This document shows, in pieces, positions 8,843-17,566 of a DNA stretch of 64,000 nucleotides (position 1 is the stretch's first letter; each line of letters starts with the position of its first letter). Under the pieces are notes generated by a model. It did not search any database. It saw nothing but the letters and a program-made list of their open reading frames with translations, and was not told where the DNA came from. Made by a program: the position numbers and the translations under genes. The DNA comes from Myxococcaceae bacterium (GTDB lineage: Bacteria; Myxococcota; Myxococcia; Myxococcales; Myxococcaceae), in assembly GCA_047602415.1 (NCBI GenBank), contig JASGHH010000001.1, positions 3,671,166-3,735,165 on the forward strand, given 5' to 3'.

Positions 8843-9692
8843 GCTGCCGCCGCCCGTGCGAGCCCCCGTCTTTGCGTCGTTGCTGCTCCTCTGCTGCACC
8901 ACCGTCGAGCGTGAAGGCCCTCGGCTGTCGGTCGAGGAGCTCTCGCGCGAGTGCCACGACACTTTGGTGAAGGGCACGATGGAGCGCGGCTCCAACAAGA
9001 ACCTCCACCTGAAGCTGAGCGCCGAGGCGAGCTGCAAGGTGGCCGAGGCCAGCACCGTCACCACCGAGCGCTACCACCAGACCTACGTGCTCACCTTCGC
9101 GATCGCGCTCGTGTCGGCGGTGGCGGTGGCGATTCCCACCGCGATCGGCGGAGGCATGCTCGGCACCGCGGTGAGCGACTCCAAGGGAGCCAAGGCCACC
9201 GGCGCCACGCTCGGAGTGCTGCCCGGCATCGCGGTCGGCCTCGCCGTCGCCGCCGGAGTTCCTCCGCTGGAGACGCGGGTCGAAGACGGCCAGCCGAAGC
9301 AGGTCGAGCACGAGGTGGTGAGCGAGAACAAGCGCGCGCCCGGCGGCATGCTGCGGGTGGCGGGCGACACTCAACACTTCTGGGTGCTGGAAGACGGCAA
9401 GGCGGCGATCCCGCTGGCCGACGCGGTGAAGGTGAAGCTGTCGAAGCTGACCTTCGACGAGGTGCCGGTGCAGCTCGACGCCGCCGGCAACACCCTCGAT
9501 CTCTCGCTCGACCCGTGCCGCGAAGCGCTCGACGGCTTCAAGCCGACCGAGGCGCCGGTCTGCCCCGACGCCGCCAACAAGCTCGCCGCTGCCAAGCAGT
9601 GCAACAAGAACGGCTGGGACCTCGCGCTGCCGGTGGAAGCGAAGTTCGGCGCCGTGCACTGCGCGCCAGTAGTAGATGGCGGAACACTCTGA
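8832..9692 (+). CDS. Hypothetical secreted/lipoprotein
   Basis: Hydrophobic N-terminus (VFASLLLLCCTT), central Gly/Ala-rich hydrophobic stretch. Stop overlaps the next start (ATGA). Confidence 0.5.
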   Translation: MRSKLPPPVRAPVFASLLLLCCTTVEREGPRLSVEELSRECHDTLVKGTMERGSNKNLHLKLSAEASCKVAEASTVTTERYHQTYVLTFAIALVSAVAVAIPTAIGGGMLGTAVSDSKGAKATGATLGVLPGIAVGLAVAAGVPPLETRVEDGQPKQVEHEVVSENKRAPGGMLRVAGDTQHFWVLEDGKAAIPLADAVKVKLSKLTFDEVPVQLDAAGNTLDLSLDPCREALDGFKPTEAPVCPDAANKLAAAKQCNKNGWDLALPVEAKFGAVHCAPVVDGGTL

Positions 9693-10084
9693 TGTTCACC
9701 TGGTTGATTCGTACCGCAGTGGTCGCCCTCTACCCCCGCGCCAGCTGGCCGGGCGTCGAAGACTGCGACCTCGACGGCTTTCTCACCCGCTTTCGCGAAG
9801 AGACCCCGCCGCTGATCTGGCTCGGCACGGTGATGGGCGCGGTGGTGTTTCACCTCACTCCGGTGCTGACCGTCTTTCTGCCGGTGCCCGCGTTCGTGTT
9901 GCCCAAGCGCCTGCTCGATCTCCACGCGCAGCGCATCACCGCCACCAACGTCTACCTGCTCCGCCAGGCGATCTTCCTGGTGAAGATGGCAGCCGGGTTT
10001 TGCTGGGGCACCGACCCGAAGATTCGCGCCCGGCTGGCGCTGCCTCCGCTGCCGGCCGACCCCGGCACCTGGAGGGTCGATTGA
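9692..10084 (+). CDS. Small membrane protein, hypothetical, translationally coupled to the GMC oxidoreductase
   Basis: MFTWLIRTAVVALYP... with 2-3 TM helices. The ATG shares an A with the upstream TGA. The alternative-frame N-terminal extension of ORF 9676 is Arg-rich junk. Confidence 0.5.
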   Translation: MFTWLIRTAVVALYPRASWPGVEDCDLDGFLTRFREETPPLIWLGTVMGAVVFHLTPVLTVFLPVPAFVLPKRLLDLHAQRITATNVYLLRQAIFLVKMAAGFCWGTDPKIRARLALPPLPADPGTWRVD

Positions 10085-11586
10085 GAGGCCCGCACCAGAG
10101 CTACTCCGAGAACGCGTTCGAGACCGACGTCGACTTCGTGGTGGTCGGCTCGGGCGCCGGCGGAGCGACCGCGGCGGTGACGCTTTCGCGCGGCGGTGCG
10201 AGCGTGGCGCTGGTGGAGGCCGGCGCCTGGCGCGACGCGACCGATTACCCGTTCAGCGCCTATGGCGGCCTGCGCGACCTGATGGACGACTTCGGCGGCC
10301 AGGTGACGATGGGCCGCGCGTTCTGGCCGGTGGTGCAGGCACGAACGATGGGCGGCACCACGGTGATCAACAGCGCGATCTGCGTGCGCACGCCCGGCGA
10401 CATCTTCGAGAAGTGGGAGCGCGAGCACGGCGTCACCGGCCTGCGCGAGGCGGTGCTCACCGAGCAGGATCAGCTGGAGCGCGAGCTCTCGGTGGAAGAA
10501 GTGCCGCCGAAGGCGCGCGGGCGCTCGAACGAGCTGGCGATGGCGGGCGCGACCGCGCTCGGCTGGAGCGACTCGCACTACATGCGCCGCTACGTGAAGG
10601 GCTGCGAGGGCTCGGGCCAGTGCCTCCAGGGCTGCACCCGGCTGCGCAAGCAGAGCCTCAACCTGAACTACGTGCCTGAGGCGCGCGCGCTGGGCGCCAC
10701 CATCGTCTCCTGCGCTCCGGTCGACCGGGTGACCTTCGAGGGCAAGCGCGCCAGCGGCGTGATCGGCCACTTCGTTCACCCGGTGACCCGCGAGCGCGGC
10801 GGTCCGTTTCGGGTGCGCGCCCGCAAGGCAGTGGTGGTGGCCGCCTCGGTGACGCACTCGCCGGTGCTGCTGATGCGCTCAAGGTTGAAGCTGCCGATGC
10901 TGGGCGAGCTGTTTCGCTCGCACCCGGGCACCGGGGTGTTCGGCGTCTACGACCAGCCGGTGGATCAGAACGTCGGCGCGACCCAGGGCTGGGCGAGCAT
11001 CTCGTTTCGGCAGTCACCGGGCCTGAAGCTGGAGACGCTGGCGATTCCACCCGAGATGGTGGCGAGCCGGCTGCCTGGCGGCGGCACCGAGCTGATGAAG
11101 CGGCTGGAGGAGATGCGTCACCTGGCGATGTGGTGTCTGGCGGTGCGCGCCGAAACCAAGGGGCGGATCACCAAGTCGCTCTTCGGCAAGCCGGTGGTGC
11201 ACTACACGCTCGATCGCGCCGACATGGAGCGGTTTCGTTTCGGGCTGGTGGCGCTGGCGAAGCAGCACTTCGCGGCCGGTGCGCGAGAGATCATTCCCGG
11301 GGTGTCGGGGCTGCCGTACAAGCTCACCGCCGATCAGATTCCGCTGCTCGAGTCGGCGCCGCTCGACCCCCAGAAGTACATCGCGATTCTGAGCCACCTG
11401 TTCGGTGGCTGCGTGATGGGCACCGACGCGAAGAACAGCGTGGTCGATTCGCTTGGGCGGGTGCACGGCGTCGAAGGCCTGGTGGTGGCCGACGCCTCGG
11501 TGATTCCCACCAACCTGGGCGTGAACCCGCAGCACACCATCATGGCGCTCGCCGCCACCTTCTCGCGGGCGCTGTTGGCCAGCTGA
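10081..11586 (+). CDS. GMC-family FAD-dependent oxidoreductase
   Basis: TTG start overlapping the upstream TGA. N-terminal FAD fingerprint DFVVVGSGAGG, GMC signature regions, C-terminal HGVEGLVVADASVIP. Confidence 0.8.
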   Translation: MRGPHQSYSENAFETDVDFVVVGSGAGGATAAVTLSRGGASVALVEAGAWRDATDYPFSAYGGLRDLMDDFGGQVTMGRAFWPVVQARTMGGTTVINSAICVRTPGDIFEKWEREHGVTGLREAVLTEQDQLERELSVEEVPPKARGRSNELAMAGATALGWSDSHYMRRYVKGCEGSGQCLQGCTRLRKQSLNLNYVPEARALGATIVSCAPVDRVTFEGKRASGVIGHFVHPVTRERGGPFRVRARKAVVVAASVTHSPVLLMRSRLKLPMLGELFRSHPGTGVFGVYDQPVDQNVGATQGWASISFRQSPGLKLETLAIPPEMVASRLPGGGTELMKRLEEMRHLAMWCLAVRAETKGRITKSLFGKPVVHYTLDRADMERFRFGLVALAKQHFAAGAREIIPGVSGLPYKLTADQIPLLESAPLDPQKYIAILSHLFGGCVMGTDAKNSVVDSLGRVHGVEGLVVADASVIPTNLGVNPQHTIMALAATFSRALLAS

Positions 11587-11640
11587 CGGATGGGCTGTTG
11601 CCGTCGAGGCAACAACCCCGGTGCTAAGAGTGACCGCTCG

Positions 11641-12687
11641 ATGAGCAAAATCACCGCCGCGACCCAGAAGAAGATCGACACCGCGCTGTTGAACGACGGA
11701 AAGATCGACGCCAAAGAGGCGCTCGCGATCGCCGACGCCGCCAAGCCGGCCGAGCGCGCCGACGTCGCCCAGGCGCTGATGGACGACGGCTTCACCGGGT
11801 CTGCCGACGAGAAGAAGGCGGTGGCCGACAAGCTGAAGCTGGGCGCGATGCCGTCGACCGACTTCAAGTACTCGGTTCAAGACGTGAAGCAGGACCTGGC
11901 GATCGAGCACGTCGAAGTCGACGGGGTGAAGTTTCTGATCGCCGAAGACGACAAGCACAAGGTCTCGCCCGAGAAGCTGAAGGAGATCGCTAAGCGGGTG
12001 AACGAGAACAACCAGCTGATCGGCGACAAGAACCTGCAGGTGAAGTGCGTGGCGATCGCTCCCGACGCGATCACCCGCATGGCGACCTACCAGGGCAAGC
12101 CGATGCTGGTGATGGACACCAAGTACGCCGACGGTGCCACCGCGGCGCACGAGTCGGGCCACGAGGTGCTGCTGGCGCTGAAGAAGAGCGGCAAGGCGAA
12201 CGACGCGCTGCTGAAGGTGGGCGATCTCTACAACCAGCTGATGCACACCAAGCAGGTGAACGGCACCACCGTGCTCGACGGGAAGACGAAGACCGAGAAG
12301 GGCCCGTCGGGAATGTGGCCGTTCGATCCTCCGACCTGGAACAAGGGCGACAAGTCGGCGACCAGCGAGCACCCGACCGACAACGCCGACGAGTTCTTCG
12401 CCAGCGCCGTCGCCGCGTGGCGCACCGACCGCAAGGGGCTCGAGAAGGCGATCGACGACTACGCCAAGAAAGACCCGAAGGGCGCCGCGCCGGCCAAAGA
12501 GATGTTGAAGCTGCTCGATACGCTGGCGGCGAACGGCCAGATCCCCTCGCCCGGTCTGACCGGCGACGCGAAGACCAACGCGCAGTACCAGGTCGACAAG
12601 ATCGGCGACCCGAGCGACGTGAAAGACACGCTCGACCTGCACCTGGGTCTGTCGCTGACGCTGAAGTACGGGGCGAAGAAGCCGTAG
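11641..12687 (+). CDS. Lys-rich HExxH motif protein, putative zinc metallopeptidase-like, no signal peptide
   Basis: HESGHEV motif at about aa 190. An alternative upstream ATG at 11590 is possible. Confidence 0.55.
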   Translation: MSKITAATQKKIDTALLNDGKIDAKEALAIADAAKPAERADVAQALMDDGFTGSADEKKAVADKLKLGAMPSTDFKYSVQDVKQDLAIEHVEVDGVKFLIAEDDKHKVSPEKLKEIAKRVNENNQLIGDKNLQVKCVAIAPDAITRMATYQGKPMLVMDTKYADGATAAHESGHEVLLALKKSGKANDALLKVGDLYNQLMHTKQVNGTTVLDGKTKTEKGPSGMWPFDPPTWNKGDKSATSEHPTDNADEFFASAVAAWRTDRKGLEKAIDDYAKKDPKGAAPAKEMLKLLDTLAANGQIPSPGLTGDAKTNAQYQVDKIGDPSDVKDTLDLHLGLSLTLKYGAKKP

Positions 12688-12741
12688 CTCGAGCCCACGC
12701 AGCAAAATGAATCGGTGTCCGTGTCTGGCGTCGATCCAGAC

Positions 12742-14340
12742 ATGAAGACCCACATCGGCAGCGCAGCGGTTCTCTTAACCTTTTTGGCCGTCGGGGGTTG
12801 TGCCACGCCGCAGCAGGCCGAAGTCGCGCCTGCGCCCGAGACGTCTTATCCGGAGGTGGTGCCGCCGGTGCAGACGGAGACTCCGCCCGCGCCCCAGTAC
12901 CAGCCGCCCCAGCAGACGTACGTGGCGCCGCCTCCTCCGGTGTACGTGGCGCCGCCTCCGCCCGTGGTGCAGCCGCCGCCGCAGGTGGTGGTCGAGGCTC
13001 CGCCGGTGACGGTGGTCGATGGTCCTCCGCCTTCGCAGGACGTGTACCTCGACGCGCCGCCTCCCGCGTACGCGATGCCCGACGTGACCGGCATGTCGAT
13101 CGGCCAGGCGGAGTCGCTGATGGGCGGCGTCGGCTACGACGTTCGCTATGCCGACTGCGGTGAGCTGGGCGGAATGGTGTGCTCGACCTTCCCCGAGCCC
13201 GGCCAGCCGATGATCAACCAGGTGGTGATCTGGGTGCAGGCGCAGCAGGTCGTCTACGTGACCGTCGAAGAGCGTCACCACCACCACGACGACTGGATGC
13301 GCCGCGAGCAGGAGCGCTGCCGGATCGAGCGCGAGCGTGAGCGTCAGCGCGAAGAGCGCGCCCGCATCGAGCGTGAGCGCCGCGACCAGTTGGCTCGCCA
13401 GCAGGCGGCGCGTGAGCAGGCCGAGCGCGATCGGTTGGCCCGGGAGCAGGCGGCGCGCGATCAGGCCGAGCGCAATCGAATCGCCCGCGAGCAGGCGGAG
13501 CACGACCGCATCGCCCGCGAGCAGGCGGCGCGTGACCAGGCCGAGCGCGATCGGTTGGCGCGTGAGCAGGCGGCGCGCGATCAGGCCGAACGTGACCGGA
13601 TCGCCCGCGAGCAGGCCGACCACGATCGGATCGCGCGTGAGCAGGCGATTCGCGATCAGGCGGAGCGCGAGCGCATCGCCCGTGAGCAGGCGCGGCAGCA
13701 GGCCGAGCAGGCGCGTCAGCAGGCGCTGAAAGACCAGGCAGATCGCGAGCGCCTCGCCCGCGAGCAGGCGCGGCTGCAGGCCCAGCAGGCGGAGCAGGCA
13801 CGGCAACAGGCGCTGAAAGACCAGGCCGATCGCGAGCGCCTCGCCCGCGAGCAGGCCCGCCAGCAGGCGGAGCAGGCCCGGCAACTGGCAGAGCAGCAGC
13901 GCCAGCAGGCCGAGCAGCAGCGATTGGCCGACGCCGCCAAGCTCCAGCAGCAGCAGCTCGAGCAGCAGCGCCGCGCCCAGGAGCAGGCGATGCGTGAAGA
14001 GCAGGCCCGTCAGCAGGCCGAGCAGCAGCGGTTGGCCGACGCCGCCAAGCTCCAGCAGCAGCAGATCGAGCAGCAGCGCCGCGCCCAGGAGCAGGCGATG
14101 CGCGAAGAGCAGGCCCGTCAGCAGGAGCAGGCCCGTCAGGTGGCCGAGCGGCAGGCGGCGCAGCGTCAGGCGGAGCAGCAGCGGCGCGAGCAGCAGGCGC
14201 GTGAAGAGCAGGCGCGTCAGCTCGCCCAGGCGAACCAGCAGCGGCTCGCCGCCGAAAACCAGAAGCGCGCCGACGACGACGAGCGCAAACGCCAGGAAGA
14301 CCAGAAGAAGCTCCAGGCGCGCACGCTTCCCCACCGCTGA
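12742..14340 (+). CDS. Lipoprotein with Pro-rich linker, PASTA-like domain and a roughly 330-aa E/R/Q-rich perfect-repeat charged helix region
   Basis: Lipobox LAVGGC. PDVTGMSIGQAESLMGGVGYDVRY (PASTA-like). About 10x REQAARDQAERDRIA, then QARQQAEQARQQALKDQADRERLAREQAR repeats. Confidence 0.7.
   Translation: MKTHIGSAAVLLTFLAVGGCATPQQAEVAPAPETSYPEVVPPVQTETPPAPQYQPPQQTYVAPPPPVYVAPPPPVVQPPPQVVVEAPPVTVVDGPPPSQDVYLDAPPPAYAMPDVTGMSIGQAESLMGGVGYDVRYADCGELGGMVCSTFPEPGQPMINQVVIWVQAQQVVYVTVEERHHHHDDWMRREQERCRIERERERQREERARIERERRDQLARQQAAREQAERDRLAREQAARDQAERNRIAREQAEHDRIAREQAARDQAERDRLAREQAARDQAERDRIAREQADHDRIAREQAIRDQAERERIAREQARQQAEQARQQALKDQADRERLAREQARLQAQQAEQARQQALKDQADRERLAREQARQQAEQARQLAEQQRQQAEQQRLADAAKLQQQQLEQQRRAQEQAMREEQARQQAEQQRLADAAKLQQQQIEQQRRAQEQAMREEQARQQEQARQVAERQAAQRQAEQQRREQQAREEQARQLAQANQQRLAAENQKRADDDERKRQEDQKKLQARTLPHR
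13300..14300 (+). repeat. Coding tandem repeats (45-bp and about 90-bp units) encoding ER/Q-rich heptad-like repeats
   Basis: Repeated gcccgcgagcaggcggcgcgcgatcaggccgagcgcgatcg units. This also generates long spurious antisense ORFs. Confidence 0.7.
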
Positions 14341-14360
14341 AGAGCACGCACAGCCCCCTA

Positions 14361-14390
14361 CCCCGCCGCGGTGAATAGCGGCGGGGTTGG
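14361..14390 (+). terminator. Stem-loop (9-bp GC stem ccccgccgc/gcggcgggg, 8-nt loop) followed by a ttgg T-containing tail; putative intrinsic terminator
   Basis: Perfect inverted repeat 21 nt after the stop of the repeat lipoprotein. Confidence 0.45.
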
Positions 14391-14423
14391 TGCGTCGTTA
14401 GGTACAAATCAGGGGGTCGAGCG

Positions 14424-14852
14424 ATGCGCGTGCGAACCCAAGAGGTCTTCGCAGCAGACGACGGCCGCGAGCTCCGCGACGAGCTGGAGCGAACGCAGGC
14501 CGAGTTGGCCCGCAGCCAAAAAGACGCCATTCGAAATCAGGAATCGATCGCCAACCTCCAGCATCAGGTCGAGCAGCAGAAGAGGGTTGTCGCGCAGGAA
14601 CACCAGAAGCTCGAAGAGGCGATCGCCGAGCACGCGAAGCTGCGCAAAGAGCTCGGTCAGCTGAAGGGCCGGAAGGCCGCTGCGCAGCGCCGGATCATCC
14701 GCAAGTACATCGGCGACCGCTTGTGGTGGCTGTGGGTACTCGGCACCGCATTGGTGCTGGGCGCGCTGGCCGTGGCAATGGGGATCATGATCACCCACGG
14801 CCCTCCGTCGGTGCGAGACACCCCGCAGGTGTGGCGCGGCCGCAAGTTCTGA
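14424..14852 (+). CDS. Coiled-coil protein with C-terminal transmembrane anchor, hypothetical
   Basis: 142 aa; charged coiled-coil segment (ELERTQAELARSQKD...), then LWWLWVLGTALVLGALAVAMGI. Confidence 0.5.
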   Translation: MRVRTQEVFAADDGRELRDELERTQAELARSQKDAIRNQESIANLQHQVEQQKRVVAQEHQKLEEAIAEHAKLRKELGQLKGRKAAAQRRIIRKYIGDRLWWLWVLGTALVLGALAVAMGIMITHGPPSVRDTPQVWRGRKF

Positions 14853-14855
14853 CCA

Positions 14856-16046
14856 CTACGGCTGCACCAGGTAATCCCGCACCACCGCCATGTGCTGCAT
14901 GTTGGTCGCCGCGCTGTCGGTCTGAAGCACGGGCGGCACGTCGGTGAGGGGCGTGTAGACGCGGCTGTCGAACACCAGGCCTCCGTCGAACACCGAGGTG
15001 CCGATCGTCACCGGCACTTCTTCGAGCGCCAGGCAGCGCGACTCGAGCACGTGGTCGTACGGCTTGGCGCGGCTGGCGTTGGTGCCGTCGACGCCCGCCT
15101 GGTCGGCGGGGTACGGCGCGGCTTCGCTCACCCGCGGCGCGAGCGTGGAGAGGCAGGCTTCACTTCGGGTGTCGGTGTTGAAGTCTCCGCCGACGATCAG
15201 CAGCTCGCCGAGGCCCACGCCGGCGTCGAGCTGGCCGACCAGCGAGACCGCCTCGAGGTTGCGTTCGCCGCCGCTGCTGGTGAGCAGGTGCACCGAGACC
15301 ACCCAGAGGTCGCGTTGGCCCGGCAGGTCGATCTGCGCCCACGCGAAGGTGCGGTTGCCGACGCGCGGGTCGATCCACTCGCCCGAGGCGATGATCGGCC
15401 ACCGGCTGATCACCCCGTTCGGGATCTGTCCGGTGCCGCGCGAGTACGAGTAGCCCGCGTCGGGGAAGGTCGCGGCCACGAACGAGGCGATGTCGGCGGC
15501 CGAGTTGGTGCCGAAGTTGAACTCCTGCATCATCACCACGTCGGGCTGCAGGCCCTGGAGAATCCGCTGGCCCTCGCCGGGATCCCACGACTGCAGGTTG
15601 CCGCTCGACAGGTTCGCCGCCGCCACCCGCACGTGGAACGGAGCCCCGATGCCCGAGGCCATCGCGCAGCCGTCGCCGGCGTCGACGCCACCGCCGTCGC
15701 TGAACCCACCGTCGAAGCCGCCGTCCGTTCCCGCGTCGGCCCCACCGTCGATTCCTGCGTCGGTTCCCGCGTCGAAGCCTGCGTCGAAGCCCGCATCCGT
15801 ACCTGCGTCGAAGCCGGCGTCGAAGCCCGCATCCACACCGGCGTCGAAACCGGCGTCGAAGCCCGCATCCGTGCCCGCGTCGAGACCGGCATCGACACCA
15901 CCGTCGAGGCCGGCGTCGACGCCCGAATCGGCGCCCGCGTCTTCGCCGGAGTCGGGCTCAGGACCCGCATCGACAGCCGGGCGCTCACCGCACCCAGAGA
16001 TGAACAACAACGCTGCACCGAGGAGGACGAGTCGAAGGCGGAACAC
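14856..16046 (-). CDS. Lipoprotein with DAG(F/T/L)D repeat linker and endonuclease/exonuclease/phosphatase (EEP) family domain
   Basis: Lipobox FISGC. About 20 DAGxD repeats. EEP motifs (VMMQEF, WVVSVHL, GGDFN). Confidence 0.8.
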   Translation of the reverse strand: MFRLRLVLLGAALLFISGCGERPAVDAGPEPDSGEDAGADSGVDAGLDGGVDAGLDAGTDAGFDAGFDAGVDAGFDAGFDAGTDAGFDAGFDAGTDAGIDGGADAGTDGGFDGGFSDGGGVDAGDGCAMASGIGAPFHVRVAAANLSSGNLQSWDPGEGQRILQGLQPDVVMMQEFNFGTNSAADIASFVAATFPDAGYSYSRGTGQIPNGVISRWPIIASGEWIDPRVGNRTFAWAQIDLPGQRDLWVVSVHLLTSSGGERNLEAVSLVGQLDAGVGLGELLIVGGDFNTDTRSEACLSTLAPRVSEAAPYPADQAGVDGTNASRAKPYDHVLESRCLALEEVPVTIGTSVFDGGLVFDSRVYTPLTDVPPVLQTDSAATNMQHMAVVRDYLVQP

Positions 16047-16084
16047 CTGCGCCCAGTGTAGCGCACCGGTGGTAGCGTGACCGC

Positions 16085-17566
16085 GTGCTCGGCTTCGCGC
16101 TCGTCGCTGTGCTGTGTCAGGCGCCGGTCGCCGCGCCTGGAGTGACCGCCGCGCGCACCTCCGGCCACCCCTCCGACCTGTTGGTGGTGCTGAAAGAAGG
16201 CGAGAGCCCCGACGCGCTGCTCGCCGGGTACCCCACCCTCACCGTACGGCGCCGCTACGTGAACCTCCCGCTGTTGGCGGTTCGCGCCGACCCCAACGTG
16301 CTGGGCGCGCTGCTGGCCGACACCCGAGTGAAGGCGGTGCAGCTCGATCACAAGGGCCGGCCTCACACCGCCGAGAGCGCGGTCGCGATTCGCTCGCTCC
16401 CGGCGCGGCAGCAGCTCGGCATCGACGGCACCGGAGTGGTGGTCGGCGTGCTCGACACCGGCATCGACTCCACCCACCCCGACCTGCAGGGCGCGCTCGC
16501 CGCGCAGAAGTGCTTCGTCTTCAGCGGCTGCCCCGGCAGCGACGGCGGCGTCGGCGACCTCGCGCCCGAAGGCAGCGGGCACGGCACTCACATCGCGGGA
16601 GTGATCACCTCCGATGGCCACGTCGCGCCTCCCGGCATCGCACCCGGAGCGAACCTGGTGATGGTGCGGGTGTTCGACGACACCTCCTACGGCATCGAGT
16701 CGGATTGGGCGGCGGCGCTCGACTGGCTCCTCTCGCAGAAATCGACGCTCGGAGTTCGGGTGGTGAACATGAGCCTCGGGGCCGACATGCCCACCACCGG
16801 CTTCTGCGATGCCGCCGAGCCCGCGCTCGCCGACGCGATCGGCCGGCTGCGCACGGCGGGAATTCTCAGCTTCGTCTCTTCGGGCAACGACGGGCTGAGC
16901 GGGCAGATCGACGCGCCCGCGTGCATCGAGAAAGCGGTAGCGGTGGGCGCGACCTACGACGCCGAGCTGGGGCGTCAACCGCCGAGCGGCACCTACACCT
17001 CGGGTTGCTTCGACGCGGCGAGCGACGCGGGCACGGTGATCTGCTTCTCCGATTCTTCCGACGCGCTCGACCTGCTCGCACCGGGCGCGGAGATCACCTC
17101 CTGCGCGGCGGGCGGCGGCTCGACGGTGAAGCGCGGCACTTCTGCGGCGGCGGCCCACGCCTCCGCGGCGGCGGCGATGCTGATTCAAGCCGACCCGCTG
17201 CTGTCGGCCGACGAGATCGAGAACATTCTGAAGTCGACCGGCAAGCCGATCACCGACCCGAGGAACATGCGGGTCACTCCGTTGATCCAGGTCGATCGCG
17301 CGGTGGAGCAGGTGCTGGCGACGTTCTGCGCCCGGCACACCGACGGCGTCAGCTGCCCCGGGTGCGACGGTGGAACCTGCCGCTGCCTGCAGGGCAAGTG
17401 CGGTCTGCCCTCGAGCTCGCACGACGGTGGCACCGAGAACCCCGACGGCGGCCAGACCCACCCGACGCCCCCGAACAAAGGCTGCGGCTGTGACGCAGGC
17501 GCGGGAGTGGCCGCGCTGATCGCCGCCGGCCTGCTGTTGGCGCGCCGGCGCCGGCTCAACGGTTGA
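16085..17566 (+). CDS. Subtilisin-like serine protease (S8) with C-terminal MYXO-CTERM sorting signal
   Basis: Catalytic triad contexts VLDTGID, HGTHIAG, GTSAAAAH. C-terminal GCGCDAGAGVAALIAAGLLLARRRR. Confidence 0.85.
   Translation: MLGFALVAVLCQAPVAAPGVTAARTSGHPSDLLVVLKEGESPDALLAGYPTLTVRRRYVNLPLLAVRADPNVLGALLADTRVKAVQLDHKGRPHTAESAVAIRSLPARQQLGIDGTGVVVGVLDTGIDSTHPDLQGALAAQKCFVFSGCPGSDGGVGDLAPEGSGHGTHIAGVITSDGHVAPPGIAPGANLVMVRVFDDTSYGIESDWAAALDWLLSQKSTLGVRVVNMSLGADMPTTGFCDAAEPALADAIGRLRTAGILSFVSSGNDGLSGQIDAPACIEKAVAVGATYDAELGRQPPSGTYTSGCFDAASDAGTVICFSDSSDALDLLAPGAEITSCAAGGGSTVKRGTSAAAAHASAAAAMLIQADPLLSADEIENILKSTGKPITDPRNMRVTPLIQVDRAVEQVLATFCARHTDGVSCPGCDGGTCRCLQGKCGLPSSSHDGGTENPDGGQTHPTPPNKGCGCDAGAGVAALIAAGLLLARRRRLNG

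Noticed and set aside
9676-10081. N-terminal extension of the GMC oxidoreductase from ATG 9676
   Set aside because: Extension is Arg/Pro-rich junk. A well-formed small membrane protein occupies another frame (9692..10084), and the GMC FAD motif begins right after TTG 10081.
11590-11640. Upstream ATG giving an MGCCRRGNNPG N-terminus for the HExxH protein
   Set aside because: It sits 3 nt after the GMC stop with no RBS, and the peptide is odd. ATG 11641 is preferred, but the alternative cannot be excluded.
12775-14530. Long antisense ORFs (519 and 438 aa) across the E/R/Q repeat region
   Set aside because: Artefact of the repetitive GC-rich coding repeat. Leu/Arg/Ala-rich nonsense with no start context.
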